Numbered from the stretch's first letter, positions 40,298 to 51,452 are shown. The stretch is DNA of 64,000 bases from Alphaproteobacteria bacterium (GCA_963667785.2 CAXXMU010000002.1:224001-288000), one strand, 5' to 3'. Made by a program: numbers and translations. Notes: generated by a model not told the origin, from the letters alone.

Positions 40298-41977
40298 TCA
40301 GCGCTGCCGGGTCTCCCAGTCGGGGTGGATCCAGGGCACGTCGTTCGCCGGCGGCGGCGGGGTGCGGCCGAGGATGTGATCGGCGCCCTTCTCGCCCACC
40401 ATGATGGACGGCCCGTTGAGGTTGCCGTTGGTGATGTGGGGGAAGATCGAGCTGTCGACGACCCGGAGCCCCTCCGTGCCGATTACCCGGCAGGCATCGT
40501 CCACCACGGCGTCGGCGTCGTCGGCCGCGCCCATGCGGCAGGTGCCGCAGGGATGATAGGCGCTCTCCACCGCGCCCCGCACGAACTCGTCGATCGCCTC
40601 ATCGCTCTGGACCGCCGGCCCCGGCGCGATCTCGTCGCCCGCGTAGTCCGCGAGCGCCGGCTGGGAGAGAATCTCCCGCGTGAGTCGGATGCAGGCCCGG
40701 AAGTTCCGCCAGTCGTCCTCGTGCGACATGTAGTTGAAGAGGATCGAGGGTGCTGCGCCGGGCTCCGGCGAGGCGAGCCGCACGCGGCCGCGCGACTTCG
40801 AGCGCATTGGCCCGACGTGGGTCTGGAAGCCGTGTCCGCCTGCCGCCGCCTTGCCGTCGTAGCGCACCGCGAACGGCAGGAAGTGGTACTGGATGTCGGG
40901 ATACTTCACCCCTGCGCGGGAGCGGATGAAGGCGCAGGATTCGAAGTGGTTGGTGGCGCCGAGGCCGTTCTTGAGGGTGAGCCAGCGCGCGCCGATGAGC
41001 GCCTTCGACAAGAGGTTCCAGTGGCGGTAGAGGGTGATGGGCCGCCGGCACTTCATCTGGAAGTAGATCTCCAGATGGTCCTGGAGGTTGCCGCCGACGC
41101 CGGGCCGGTCGGCGACGACGTCGATGCCGTGCTCCTGCAGGTGCCCGGCCGGGCCAATGCCTGACAGCATCAGCAGCTTCGGCGAGTTGATCGAGGAGGC
41201 GGCGAGAACCACCTCGCGCTCGGCGCGGACGCGGCGGATCGCGCCGCCGCTCTCGTACTCGACGCCCGCCGCCCGTCGCCCCTCCATGACGACGCGGCGC
41301 ACGTGCGCGCGCGCCCTGAGCGCCAGGTTGCGGCGCTGCAGCGCCGGCCTCAGATAGGCGTTGGCGGCCGACCAGCGGCGGCCCTGCCACACGGTCATCT
41401 CCATCGCGCCGAAGCCTTCCTGGCGCTCGCCGTTGTAATCCTCCGTCCGTGCGTATCCGGCCTGCGCGCCGGCCTCGACGAAGCCCGCGTAGAGCGGGTT
41501 CTCCATGGCCCCGCGGGTGACGTGCAGCGGGCCGGCGCTGCCGCGCCAGCCGTCCTGCCCGCCATGGGCGTGCTCCATGCGCCGGTAGTACGGGAGCACG
41601 TGGCGGTAGCCCCAGCCCGCCGCGCCCAGCGCCTCCCACCTGTCGAAGTCGCAGGCGTGGCCGCGCACGTAGACCATGCCGTTGATCGAGGACGAGCCGC
41701 CGATCACCTTGCCGCGCGGCGTCGCCAGCCGGCGCCCGCCGAGATGGGGCTCGGGCTCGGTCTCGAAGCCCCAGTCGTAGCGGGGCATGTTCATGGGGTA
41801 GGAGAGGGCGGCCGGCATCTGGATGAGAGGGCCGGCGTCGGTCCCGCCGTGCTCCAGCACCAGCACCCGGTTTGAGGGATCCTCGGAGAGGCGCGCGGCG
41901 AGCACGCAGCCGGCCGATCCCGATCCCACGATCACATAGTCGACTGTGTCGTCGAACCGGTCGGGCATCGAGCTCAC
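40298..41977 (-). CDS. betA: Choline dehydrogenase
   Basis: [53 protein letters not shown]; next to betI and choXWV. Confidence 0.92.
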   Translation of the reverse strand: MSSMPDRFDDTVDYVIVGSGSAGCVLAARLSEDPSNRVLVLEHGGTDAGPLIQMPAALSYPMNMPRYDWGFETEPEPHLGGRRLATPRGKVIGGSSSINGMVYVRGHACDFDRWEALGAAGWGYRHVLPYYRRMEHAHGGQDGWRGSAGPLHVTRGAMENPLYAGFVEAGAQAGYARTEDYNGERQEGFGAMEMTVWQGRRWSAANAYLRPALQRRNLALRARAHVRRVVMEGRRAAGVEYESGGAIRRVRAEREVVLAASSINSPKLLMLSGIGPAGHLQEHGIDVVADRPGVGGNLQDHLEIYFQMKCRRPITLYRHWNLLSKALIGARWLTLKNGLGATNHFESCAFIRSRAGVKYPDIQYHFLPFAVRYDGKAAAGGHGFQTHVGPMRSKSRGRVRLASPEPGAAPSILFNYMSHEDDWRNFRACIRLTREILSQPALADYAGDEIAPGPAVQSDEAIDEFVRGAVESAYHPCGTCRMGAADDADAVVDDACRVIGTEGLRVVDSSIFPHITNGNLNGPSIMVGEKGADHILGRTPPPPANDVPWIHPDWETRQR

Positions 41978-41992
41978 GCGCCGCCCCGCCGC

Positions 41993-42574
41993 TCAGCGCG
42001 GCTCGATCTGGCTGTCGATGTGCGCTTCCATGATGGCGATCGCGCTCTCGCCGCAGGGCTGCTCGTCGCCGAGGACCCGGCGCAGCCACAGCCCGTCGAT
42101 CATGGCGGCGGTGGATTCGGCGGCGACGTCCGCCGATTCCCGCGTCGGCAGGCGCCGGTATTCGTGGCGCAGGTTGCTGATGAGTCGGCGCGCGTAGATG
42201 CGCAGCAGGCGGCGCACCTCGGGCTCGGTGTGGGCCTGCACGTAGAAGGTGAGCCAGGCGGAGATCACCTCCGGCCGGAGCTGGTCGTCGCAGAAGCTGC
42301 CGTCGACGATCGCCGACAGTCGCTCGCGCGGGGTCCGGGCCTCGCGCAGCCGCTCCCTGACGCCGGCGCCGAACTCGATGAGCAGGTGGCGCATGGTGGC
42401 GATGATGAGCGCGCTCTTGGAGCCGAAATAGTGATGCACCAGCCCCTGGGAGAGGCCGGCCTCGCGCGCCACGTCGCCCGTCGTCAGGTCGACGAATCCG
42501 CGGTCGTGGATGCTCCTGATGGCGGCCTCGACGAAGGCGCGCCGGCGTACGGGCGCCATTCCGGTCTTTGGCAT
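41993..42574 (-). CDS. betI: Choline-responsive TetR-family repressor
   Basis: MPKTGMAPVRR, HHYFGSK, AWLTFY, RRLISNLRH, AAMIDGLWLR. Confidence 0.9.
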   Translation of the reverse strand: MPKTGMAPVRRRAFVEAAIRSIHDRGFVDLTTGDVAREAGLSQGLVHHYFGSKSALIIATMRHLLIEFGAGVRERLREARTPRERLSAIVDGSFCDDQLRPEVISAWLTFYVQAHTEPEVRRLLRIYARRLISNLRHEYRRLPTRESADVAAESTAAMIDGLWLRRVLGDEQPCGESAIAIMEAHIDSQIEPR

Positions 42575-42604
42575 CGGCGTCTCCTGTCGCCTCAATGAAT
42601 ATAT

Positions 42605-42624
42605 TTGGTTGGTTGACCAATCAA
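42605..42624. promoter_or_regulatory. Putative BetI operator between the divergent betI and choX
   Basis: Near-perfect 20-bp palindrome TTGGTTGGT-TG-ACCAATCAA in the AT-rich intergenic region. Confidence 0.7.
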
Positions 42625-42676
42625 GAAAAGATTGCGAGACTTGCGCGCGGACGCAGCGAGCGTGAGGGAGGGTTCA

Positions 42677-43627
42677 ATGCATATTCGAATGACATCCGCA
42701 ATTGCCGCCGTCGCCATGGGCGCCGCGGCCATGGCGGGCAATACCTATGCCGCCGATGCCGAGTCCTGCAAGGAAGTGGAGTTCTCGGACGTCGGCTGGA
42801 GCTGCATCACGGCGACCACCGCCGTGGCCACCACCATCCTCGAGGGGCTCGGCTACGAGCCGAAGGCGACGGTGCTCTCCGTGCCGGTGACCTTCGCAAG
42901 CCTCTCGAACGGGGACATCGACGCCTTTCTCGGCCTCTGGCTGCCTACGCAGCAGAGCATGATCGACCCCTATTTCAACGACGGCACCATCGACAACGTC
43001 GCCGTCAACCTGGAGGGCGCCAAGTACACCCTGGCCGTGCCGACCTACGCCTTCGAGGGCGGCGTCAAGACCTTCGGCGACATCGCCGCGCATGCCGACA
43101 AGTTCGACGGCAAGATCTACGGCATCGAGCCCGGCAACGACGGCAACATGATCATCCAGGACATGATCGATACCAACGCCTTCGGGCTCGAGGGCTTCGA
43201 GGTCGTGGAGTCCAGCGAGCAGGGGATGCTCTCCCAGGTCGAGGCCGCTGTCAGGGCCGACGAGTGGATCGTTTTCCTAGGCTGGGAGCCGCACCCGATG
43301 AACCGGCGCTTCGAGATGAGCTATCTCGATGGCGGCGACGACTATTTCGGGGCCAACTTCGGCGGTGCCACGGTCTACACGCTGGCGCACGCCGGCTACA
43401 CCGAGGCCTGTCCCAATGTCGGGAACCTGCTCAAGAACCTGCAGTTCTCGTTGGCTCTTGAGAACGAGATGATGGGCTATATGCTCGACGACGGGATGGA
43501 CCCGCAGGCGGCCGCCCGGAAGCTCGTCGAGATGCACCCGGAGCTGGTCGACCAGTGGCTCGCCGGCGTGACCACGCTGGACGGCGCGGACGGTGCCGCC
43601 GCCGTGAAGGCCCATCTCAGCATGTAG
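42677..43627 (+). CDS. choX: Choline ABC transporter substrate-binding protein
   Basis: FSDVGW, GAKYTLA, IYGIEPGNDGN, ESSEQGML, LGWEPHPMN. Confidence 0.9.
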   Translation: MHIRMTSAIAAVAMGAAAMAGNTYAADAESCKEVEFSDVGWSCITATTAVATTILEGLGYEPKATVLSVPVTFASLSNGDIDAFLGLWLPTQQSMIDPYFNDGTIDNVAVNLEGAKYTLAVPTYAFEGGVKTFGDIAAHADKFDGKIYGIEPGNDGNMIIQDMIDTNAFGLEGFEVVESSEQGMLSQVEAAVRADEWIVFLGWEPHPMNRRFEMSYLDGGDDYFGANFGGATVYTLAHAGYTEACPNVGNLLKNLQFSLALENEMMGYMLDDGMDPQAAARKLVEMHPELVDQWLAGVTTLDGADGAAAVKAHLSM

Positions 43628-43724
43628 AGGGCCAACAGCGCGGGCGGCCCAACGGGCCGATGACGCGGGCGGTCGGCGCTGAGGCGCGCCGGCCGCCTGC
43701 CCCGCCCGGTCGGGGAGGGGCGGC

Positions 43725-44600
43725 ATGGACACCGACGATCTCGGAGTCCTCACCGAAAAGGTGCCGATCGGCAAGTGGGTCGCCAACGCCGTCGATTTCA
43801 TCAAGGACCAACTCTTTCACGAGCTGCGGGCCTTCTCGGAGGCCATCGGCTGGCTGCTCGACGCCTGCGCAGACTTTCTCGGGCTGATCCCCCCGCTTCT
43901 CTTCGTCGCCCTCGTGGCCGGGCTGGGCTACTGGCTGCACCGCAGCATCGCGCTCGTGATCGGCATCGTCATCGGCCTGCTGATCATCCTCAACATCGGC
44001 TACTGGGAAGAGATGCTGTTCACGGTGGTGCTGGTGCTCGCCTCCACCGTCGTGTGCATGCTGGTGGGCGTCCCCATCGGCATCGCCGCGGCCCACCGGC
44101 CGTGGCTCTACCGGGCGCTGCGGCCGATCCTCGACCTGATGCAGACCGTCCCGCCCTTCGTCTATCTGATTCCGACGCTGTCCTTCTTCGGACTGGGACT
44201 GGTGCCCGGCCTCATCGCCACCGTGATCTTCGTCATTCCGGCGCCGATCCGGCTCACCCATCTCGGCATCTCCAGCGCGCCCCGGCCCCTGCTGGAGGCG
44301 GGCCGGGCCTTCGGCGCCAGCGACCTGCAGCTCCTGCTCAAGGTGGAGCTGCCCCATGCGATGCCGAACATCATGCAGGGGATCACCCAGAGCATCATGC
44401 TGTCGCTTTCCATGGTGGTGATCGCCGCGCTGGTGGGCGCCCCCGGCTTCGGCGTGCCCGTGGTGCGGGCGCTCGCCACGGCCAACGTCGCGCAGGGCTT
44501 CGAGGCGGGGCTCGCGATCGTGATCGTCGCCATCGTGCTCGATCGCATCGTGAAGCAGTCCGGGCGGCGCAAAGGCAGGAGGGGCACGGCCGCACGCTGA
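43725..44600 (+). CDS. choW: Choline ABC transporter permease
   Basis: LDLMQT.P.FVYLIP, EAGRAFGA, LLKVELP, LSLSMVVIAA. Confidence 0.88.
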   Translation: MDTDDLGVLTEKVPIGKWVANAVDFIKDQLFHELRAFSEAIGWLLDACADFLGLIPPLLFVALVAGLGYWLHRSIALVIGIVIGLLIILNIGYWEEMLFTVVLVLASTVVCMLVGVPIGIAAAHRPWLYRALRPILDLMQTVPPFVYLIPTLSFFGLGLVPGLIATVIFVIPAPIRLTHLGISSAPRPLLEAGRAFGASDLQLLLKVELPHAMPNIMQGITQSIMLSLSMVVIAALVGAPGFGVPVVRALATANVAQGFEAGLAIVIVAIVLDRIVKQSGRRKGRRGTAAR

Positions 44601-45847
44601 TGGCCGTCATCACCTTCGACCGGGTAGACGTGATCTTCGGCCGGCGGGTCAAGGAGGCGCTCGCGCTGCTCGACGCCGGGGCCGACAAGGACCGCATCTT
44701 CGAAGAGACCGGCCAGGTGGTGGGCGTGCAGGACGCCTCGCTCGAGGTCGAGGCCGGCGAGATCTTCGTCCTCATGGGGCTCTCGGGCTCGGGCAAGTCG
44801 ACGCTGCTGCGCTGCGTCAACGGCCTCAACCGGGCGACACGGGGCCGGGTGCTCGTCGACGACGGCGGGACCGAGATCGACGTCACCGACTGCGATCCCA
44901 AGTTCATGCGGCGGCTGCGCATGGACCGCATCTCCATGGTCTTTCAGCAGTTCGCGCTGATGCCGTGGCGCACCATCGCCGCCAACGTCGCCTTCGGGCT
45001 GGAGGTGCGCGGCGTGCCCAAGGCCGAGCGGCGCGAGCGCGTGGCGGAGGTGCTGGAGCAGGTGGGGCTCGGCTCCTGGCTCGACCACTACCCGCACGAG
45101 CTCTCGGGCGGCATGCAGCAGCGGGTGGGGCTCGCGCGCGCGTTCGCCACCGATGCCGAGATCCTGCTGATGGACGAGCCGTTCTCGGCCCTCGATCCGC
45201 TCATCCGCGAGCGCCTGCAGGACGAGCTGCTCGCCTTGCAGACCACGCTGCGCCGCACCATCCTGTTCGTCAGCCACGACCTCGACGAAGCGCTCAAGAT
45301 CGGCACCCGCATCGCCATCATGGAAGGCGGCCGCATCATCCAGATCGGCCCGCCCGAGAAGATCGTGACCGAGCCGGCGGACGACTACGTGCGCCAGTTC
45401 GTCGCCAACGTGAACCCGCTCAACGTGCTGCGCGGAGTCTCGCTGATGCGGCCGCTCGCCACGCTCCGGAGCGAGGACGACGTTCACCTGCTCGACGACG
45501 AGTCGGCCATGTTCTGCCGGCTGGACGGCACCGGGCGACCGGAGGCATTCAGCCTCGGCGGCGCACCGGCACAACTGGTGCCCTATCGGGAGGACCTCGA
45601 TCTCGCGTCGCTCGACAACGGTGCGATCGTCGCCGGCGGGCCCGACACGACCATGCGCACGGCGCTCGAGGTGCGCCACGAGACCGGGCGGGCGATGCCG
45701 CTGCTCGACGGGGACGGACGGCTGATCGGCGTGATCGGTGCCGCCGAGCTGCTGGCCGCGCTGGTGCACCGGGGCGCGGGCGCGGGCGGCTCCACCGACG
45801 TCGATACCGATGCGCCCGAAATCGAGCCGCCGGCAGCCGAACGATGA
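44600..45847 (+). CDS. choV: Choline ABC transporter ATP-binding protein
   Basis: GLSGSGKS, LSGGMQQR, LMDEPFSALDP, CBS-like tail. Confidence 0.88.
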   Translation: MAVITFDRVDVIFGRRVKEALALLDAGADKDRIFEETGQVVGVQDASLEVEAGEIFVLMGLSGSGKSTLLRCVNGLNRATRGRVLVDDGGTEIDVTDCDPKFMRRLRMDRISMVFQQFALMPWRTIAANVAFGLEVRGVPKAERRERVAEVLEQVGLGSWLDHYPHELSGGMQQRVGLARAFATDAEILLMDEPFSALDPLIRERLQDELLALQTTLRRTILFVSHDLDEALKIGTRIAIMEGGRIIQIGPPEKIVTEPADDYVRQFVANVNPLNVLRGVSLMRPLATLRSEDDVHLLDDESAMFCRLDGTGRPEAFSLGGAPAQLVPYREDLDLASLDNGAIVAGGPDTTMRTALEVRHETGRAMPLLDGDGRLIGVIGAAELLAALVHRGAGAGGSTDVDTDAPEIEPPAAER

Positions 45848-46668
45848 AGGGAACCCTCATGGCACGCAGGCTCCGCGCCATCGCGCTCTTTCTGCTCGCG
45901 CTGGTCGCAGCCCCGGCGGCGTCCGCGCACTATGTCGATCTCAACCAGGCACTGCACCGGGCGAACACGCTCACCGTGGGCATCGCGCTGACCGGCCAGC
46001 CTTTCGCCTACAAGCGGGACGGCGCCCTGCGCGGCTTCGAGATCGAGGTGGCCCGCGCCGTCGCCGAGGCCCACGGGCTCGCGCTGGAGCTGGTGCGCCT
46101 GCCGCGCTCGCAGCTCGCGGCGGCGCTCGCGGCGGGCGACATCGACACCGCCAACACGCTGGCGCTGGACGCCGAGCCGGCGGGCGTCAAGATCGTGCCC
46201 TACTTGGTGGTCGGCGATCACCTGATGGTGCTGAGGGGCAATCCCTTCCGTATCCGCGAGGCGGACGACCTGAGCGGCCGGGTCACCTCGGTCACCTCCG
46301 GCTCCAGCGCGGAGCGCTTCGCCCACGACCTCAACCGGGAATTCGAGGAATCCGGCCGGGCGCCCATGCACGTCCATTCCTTCCCCGACGACCGCTGGAC
46401 CCACTTCCCGGTCTCCATGGGCCACGCCCAGGGCTATTTCACCCGGACCGTCAGCGCCGTGGCGGTCGACGCCGATCCCGCCTCGCGCAACCGCCTGGTG
46501 GAAGGCGTGTTCCACCCGGTGCGCGAGGTGGGCTTCGCGATCAAGGCGGACAACGACAAGCTCCACCACGCGGTCGAGCACGCCGTCGCCGCCATGGTCG
46601 CCACCGGCAAGTACCGCAGGCTGCGCGAGGAGCACGGCCTGCCGGTCGATCTCTCGCCTTACCGCTAG
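45844..46668 (+). CDS. Family 3 (polar amino acid type) substrate-binding protein
   Basis: Signal peptide, LTVGI...PFAY..DG.LRGFEIEVA, GKYRRL; start overlaps the choV stop. Confidence 0.7.
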   Translation: MKGTLMARRLRAIALFLLALVAAPAASAHYVDLNQALHRANTLTVGIALTGQPFAYKRDGALRGFEIEVARAVAEAHGLALELVRLPRSQLAAALAAGDIDTANTLALDAEPAGVKIVPYLVVGDHLMVLRGNPFRIREADDLSGRVTSVTSGSSAERFAHDLNREFEESGRAPMHVHSFPDDRWTHFPVSMGHAQGYFTRTVSAVAVDADPASRNRLVEGVFHPVREVGFAIKADNDKLHHAVEHAVAAMVATGKYRRLREEHGLPVDLSPYR

Positions 46669-46673
46669 CCGCC

Positions 46674-47606
46674 CTACACGCCCCTGAGGCGGGGGTCGAG
46701 CGCATCGCGCAGGCCGTCGCCGATGTAGTTCACGCTCAGCACCGTGAGCGAGATGGCCAATCCGGGCCAGAGCACCCGCTCCGGCGTCACCGAGATGAAG
46801 TTGGCGCCGTCGAAGAGCAGCCGCCCCCAGGTCGGGAAGTCGGGCGGGAAGCCCAGGCCGAGGAAGGAGAGGGCGGATTCGGTGATGATGGCGTTGGCGA
46901 TGCCGAGCGTCGCCGACACCATGATCGGGCTCAGCACGTTGGGCAGGATGTGGCGCATGATGATGCGCCGCCTGCGCGTGCCGATGCTGCGCGCCGCGGT
47001 CACGAACTCGCGCTCCCGCAGCGCCAGCACGTCGCCGCGCACGATGCGGGCGGTCTGCATCCAGCTCGTGATGCCGATGATGAACACCACCAGCAGGAAG
47101 ATCCCGCTCTCCGGGCCGAAGGCGGCGCGCAGGCTGTCGCGGAACAGCATGATGACGACCAGCAGAAGCGGCAGCAGGGGGAGCGCGAGGAACATGTCCG
47201 TGAGCCGCATCAGAAGGCCATCGAGCCGCCTGAAGTAGCCGGCGAGGACGCCCACGAGCGTGCCCAGCACGAGCGAGATCAGCATCGCGGTGAAGCCCAC
47301 CGCGAGCGATATGCGCCCGCCCGCCAGCACCTGCGCCAGCGTGTCGCGGCCGAGATTGTCGGTGCCCATGGGATGCTTGAGGGAGGGGCCCTGGTTCTTC
47401 GCCAGGATGTCGAGATAGTGCGGGTCCACGCCGTGGACGAGCGGGCCGACGGCGACCGCCAGGGCGATGGCGAGGAACACCCCTGCGCCGGCCAGCGCGC
47501 CGGTGTGGTTGCGGAAGGCGAGCCACACGTCCATCCAGAGCGAGCGGTGGCGTCCCGTGGCGCGCGCGGGGCCGCCGAAGTCGGATGAGGGTGCCGGCTG
47601 CATCAC
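46674..47606 (-). CDS. Peptide ABC transporter permease (OppC/DppC)
   Basis: HPMGTDNLGRD, GRISL, REFVTAARSIG, HILPN, ESALSFLGLG. Confidence 0.9.
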   Translation of the reverse strand: MMQPAPSSDFGGPARATGRHRSLWMDVWLAFRNHTGALAGAGVFLAIALAVAVGPLVHGVDPHYLDILAKNQGPSLKHPMGTDNLGRDTLAQVLAGGRISLAVGFTAMLISLVLGTLVGVLAGYFRRLDGLLMRLTDMFLALPLLPLLLVVIMLFRDSLRAAFGPESGIFLLVVFIIGITSWMQTARIVRGDVLALREREFVTAARSIGTRRRRIIMRHILPNVLSPIMVSATLGIANAIITESALSFLGLGFPPDFPTWGRLLFDGANFISVTPERVLWPGLAISLTVLSVNYIGDGLRDALDPRLRGV

Positions 47607-48620
47607 TCAGCCGTAGCGGATGCGGGGATCGAGGACGCCGTAAAGCACGTCCGCGATCAGGTTGAAGACCACGATCAGCACCGCGAAGAGGAACGAGAGC
47701 GTCTGCACCAGGGGAATGTCGGCACCCTGGATGGCGGTGATGAGAAGCTCGCCGATGCCGTTCACCCGGAAGATCTTCTCGGTGATGATGGCGCCGCCGA
47801 AGACGGTGGGGATGCCGAGCGCGATCAGGGTCACCACCGGGATCAGGCTGTTGCGCAGCACGTGGATGAAGAGCACGACCCTCTCGCGCAGGCCCTTGGC
47901 GCGGGCGGTGCGCACATAGTCCTGGGTCAGGTTGTCCAGCATGGCGGCGCGCATGAAGCGGCTGATCTGGGCCGCGTTGAAGAGCGCCAGCACCATCACC
48001 GGCATGGCCATCTGCTTGACCTGCACCCAGAAGCTCGAGAGGTCGGTCACCCGGTGCGTGGTGTCGTAGATCGACGGCAGCCATTGCAGGGTGACGCTGA
48101 AGACGATGATCGCGAGCAGGCCGGTGAAGAAGGTCGGCACCGAGAAGCCGATCATGGAGACGAAGGTGCCGAGCTGGTCGAACCACGAATACTGCCGGTA
48201 GGCGGAGACGATGCCGATCGGCACGGCGATGAGGATGCCGATGAGGTAGGAGAGCCCCACCACCCAGAGCGTCTGCGGCAGGCGCTCGATGATGAGGTCC
48301 ACCACCGGGCTTCGCGTCGCCCAGGAGTGCACGCGCAGCCGCTCCGCCGAGGAGCCGATCTCGACGCCAAAGGCGCGCTCGATGAGGTTGAGCGGCTCGT
48401 TGACGAAGAACTGTTCCATCCATCTGGCGTAGCGGATGTGGAAGGCTTCCCCGAGCCCGAGGGACTCGCGGATCTGGGCGCGCGCCTCGGGCGAGATGGT
48501 GAGCGGGAGCTGCCCGGTGGGGTCGTTGGGCGCGAGGTCGAGGAGGGCGAACAGGATGAAGCTGATCGCACCGAGCGTCGGCACCGCGAAGACCAGGCGG
48601 CGGACGATGTAGTGGATCAT
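47607..48620 (-). CDS. Peptide ABC transporter permease (OppB/DppB)
   Basis: DYVRTARAKGL, HVLRNSLIP, ITEKIF, LDPRIRY. Confidence 0.9.
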   Translation of the reverse strand: MIHYIVRRLVFAVPTLGAISFILFALLDLAPNDPTGQLPLTISPEARAQIRESLGLGEAFHIRYARWMEQFFVNEPLNLIERAFGVEIGSSAERLRVHSWATRSPVVDLIIERLPQTLWVVGLSYLIGILIAVPIGIVSAYRQYSWFDQLGTFVSMIGFSVPTFFTGLLAIIVFSVTLQWLPSIYDTTHRVTDLSSFWVQVKQMAMPVMVLALFNAAQISRFMRAAMLDNLTQDYVRTARAKGLRERVVLFIHVLRNSLIPVVTLIALGIPTVFGGAIITEKIFRVNGIGELLITAIQGADIPLVQTLSFLFAVLIVVFNLIADVLYGVLDPRIRYG

Positions 48621-48690
48621 CGCCTGTGCCGGGATCGTCGCGCGCGCGGGGAGGCGCCGCGAAGACTGTGATCCGAGTGAGACGTCCGGA

Positions 48691-50403
48691 CTAGCGGTGC
48701 CAGTCCGCCACGTTCCACAGCTCCGAATCCCACGGGTTCACGCGCACGCCCTTGAGCGTGTTCGAATGCGCGGAGATCCTGGCCCGCCAGATGAGCGGGA
48801 TCACGTAGTGGTTCTGAACCATGATGTCGTTCATCCGCCTGGCGATGGCGGCGCGCTCCTCCAGCGAGGCGGTGCGGGCCATCTCGGCGATCAGCGCGTC
48901 GTACTCGGCGTTGCAGGCGCGCGGCACGTTGCCGCCCAGCCACTGCTTCTCGGGCGACGGAATCTCGGAGCAGGCCCAGTTGGCCATGTAGGCCTCGGGA
49001 TCGACGCCGTCGAAGTTGTTCGTGTACATCTGGATGTCGGCGTAGAACTTCAGGTAGGTGTCGGGGCTCGCCGGGTCGCCGCCGAAGAACACCGCCGCGT
49101 CGATGTTGCGCAGCTCCGTCTCCACCCCGATCTCCTTCCACATCTGCTTGATGAGCGCCTGGGTGCCCTGGCGCACGGAGTTGGTGGAGGTCTGGTAGAG
49201 GATCGAGAGGCGCACGCCGTCCTTCTCCCGAACGCCGTCATCGCCCGGCAGCCAGCCGGCCTCGTCGAGGATGCGCATCGCCTCCTCGACGTCCTGGGTC
49301 ATGCACGAGTCGTTGGCGTCCGAGGCATAGACCGCCGGCGCCGGCAGGATGTTGCAGGTGACCTGGCCGGCGGCGCCGTAGCCGAATTCGACCAGGATCC
49401 GGCGGTCGATGGCGAGCGAGAGCGCGCGGCGCACCGCCGGATCGGAGAGGAAGGGGTGCGGGTTGGCGCCGTCGAGATGGAGCGAACGCTTCTCGTTTCC
49501 GAGCGCCGGGTCGTCGTTCGTCAGGTTGACGACCAGCCGCTCCACCATCGTGCCGAAGCCGGCGACGACGCTGCCCTTGCCGTTCGCTACCATCTGCTCC
49601 AGCACCTCCGGCTCGACCTGCAGGTTCCAGGCGTAGTCGAACTCGCCGGTCGACAGCACGGCGCGCGCGGCCGAGGTGGCATCGCCGCCGCCCTTGAAGG
49701 TGACGCTGGCGAAGGCCGGCTTGTCCGGCTCGCGGTAGCGCTCGTTGGCGGAGAGCACGACCACGTCGTTGGCGCGGAATTCGTCCACCTTGAAGGGGCC
49801 GGTGCCGATCGGGCCGAAGTTCTGCTCCGTGCACACCTGGGCGCGGGCGCCGGTGCAGTTCTCGAACTGCGCCTTCTGCAGGATCGGCGCGTTCGAGCCG
49901 ACGAAGGGGCCGTAGGGGAAGGGCTTGGGCACGCCGAAGCGGATGCGCACGGTGTGATCGTCCAGCGCCTCGATCCCGGTGACGTCGGTGAAGCTGGAGA
50001 CCGGGTTGCAGCCCATCTCCTCGTTCATGCAGTACTCGGCGGAGAACACCACGTCGGCGGCGGTGAGCGGCGCACCGTCGGACCAGGTGACGCCTTCCTT
50101 GAGCGTCCAGGTGATGGACATGAGATCGGGCGCGACGCCGCCGTTCTCGACCGTGGGGATCGCCGCGGCCAGCGACGGAAACATGGTGCCGGTATCGTCG
50201 TAGCGGGCCAGCGGCTCGAGTACCATCGACGCCGCCTCGATGTCCTTGGTGCCGCCCGAGAGATAGGGATTGAGCGTCGAGACCGCCTGCCAGTAGAGGA
50301 TGTTCAGGTGGCCGTCGCTGCCGCGCTCGGCCCGGGCCGGGCCCGCGAGCAGGGCGGTTGCAACCAGCGCGATCGCCGCGCTGGAGAGGAGCTTTCCGAC
50401 CAT
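48691..50403 (-). CDS. Peptide/nickel ABC transporter substrate-binding protein (family 5)
   Basis: Signal peptide, WSDGAPLTAADV, PIGTGPF, VRRALSLAIDR, WNVADW. Confidence 0.9.
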   Translation of the reverse strand: MVGKLLSSAAIALVATALLAGPARAERGSDGHLNILYWQAVSTLNPYLSGGTKDIEAASMVLEPLARYDDTGTMFPSLAAAIPTVENGGVAPDLMSITWTLKEGVTWSDGAPLTAADVVFSAEYCMNEEMGCNPVSSFTDVTGIEALDDHTVRIRFGVPKPFPYGPFVGSNAPILQKAQFENCTGARAQVCTEQNFGPIGTGPFKVDEFRANDVVVLSANERYREPDKPAFASVTFKGGGDATSAARAVLSTGEFDYAWNLQVEPEVLEQMVANGKGSVVAGFGTMVERLVVNLTNDDPALGNEKRSLHLDGANPHPFLSDPAVRRALSLAIDRRILVEFGYGAAGQVTCNILPAPAVYASDANDSCMTQDVEEAMRILDEAGWLPGDDGVREKDGVRLSILYQTSTNSVRQGTQALIKQMWKEIGVETELRNIDAAVFFGGDPASPDTYLKFYADIQMYTNNFDGVDPEAYMANWACSEIPSPEKQWLGGNVPRACNAEYDALIAEMARTASLEERAAIARRMNDIMVQNHYVIPLIWRARISAHSNTLKGVRVNPWDSELWNVADWHR

Positions 50404-50468
50404 GTCGACGATCCTCCGGAGGTGAGAGGAGCGATGCGCGCGAGCCTGCGCCGCGCCATCATCGGCCA

Positions 50469-51452
50469 TCACTCCGCCAGGTGACAAGCGACCTGATGGC
50501 CGGGGCGGAGCGTGCGCCATTCCGGCGTCCGCTTCGAGCATTCGGGCACGGCCGCCGGGCAGCGGGTGCTGAAGCGGCAGCCGGGCGGCGGGGCGGCGGG
50601 GCTCGGCACGTCGCCGTGAAGGATGATCCGCTCCCGCCGCGCCTCGCGCTCGGGATCGTGCGTGGGCACGGCCGAGAGCAGGGCGCGGGTATAGGGGTGC
50701 AGGGGCTCGTCGTAGAGCGCGTCGCTCGCGGCCAGCTCGACGATCTTGCCGAGGTACATCACCGCCACCCGGTCGGCGACATGGCGGACCATCCGCAGGT
50801 CGTGCGAGATGAAGAGGTAGGTGAGGCCGAAGCGCGCCTGCAGGTCCTTGAGCAGGTTCACCACCTGCGCCTGGATCGAGACGTCGAGCGCGGCGATCGG
50901 CTCGTCGCAGACGATGAACTCGGGGTTCAGCGCGAGCGCGCGGGCGATGCCGATGCGCTGGCGCTGGCCGCCGGAGAACTCGTGCGGGTAGCGGTTGGCG
51001 AAGGCGGGGTCGAGGCCCACTGCCTCCAGCAGCGCCTCGACCCGATCCCGCAGCGCGGCCCCCGCGGCCACGCCGTGCTCGCGCAGCGGCTCGCCGACGA
51101 TGCTGCCCACCGTCATGCGCGGGTTCAGGCTGTCCTGCGGGTCCTGGAAGATCATCTGCATGTGCGGGCGCAGCCGGCGCAGCGCCTCGCCCTGGAGCGC
51201 CGTGATGTCCTCGCCGCGAAAGATCACCCGGCCCGCCGTCGGCGCATCGAGGCGCAGGATGACGCGGCCGGCGGTCGACTTGCCGCAGCCGCTCTCGCCC
51301 ACCAGCCCCAGCGTCTCGCGCGGGCGGATCGTGAAGTCGAGCCCGTCCACCGCGCGCACGGCACCCACCTGGCGGCGCAGGACCCCCCGCATGACCGGGA
51401 AATGCTTGGTCAGGTTCTCGACGGCGAGGAGGGGCGGGGGCTCAGGCGGCAC
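50469..51452 (-). CDS. Peptide ABC transporter ATP-binding protein (OppF)
   Basis: [33 protein letters not shown]. Confidence 0.9.
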   Translation of the reverse strand: MPPEPPPLLAVENLTKHFPVMRGVLRRQVGAVRAVDGLDFTIRPRETLGLVGESGCGKSTAGRVILRLDAPTAGRVIFRGEDITALQGEALRRLRPHMQMIFQDPQDSLNPRMTVGSIVGEPLREHGVAAGAALRDRVEALLEAVGLDPAFANRYPHEFSGGQRQRIGIARALALNPEFIVCDEPIAALDVSIQAQVVNLLKDLQARFGLTYLFISHDLRMVRHVADRVAVMYLGKIVELAASDALYDEPLHPYTRALLSAVPTHDPEREARRERIILHGDVPSPAAPPPGCRFSTRCPAAVPECSKRTPEWRTLRPGHQVACHLAE

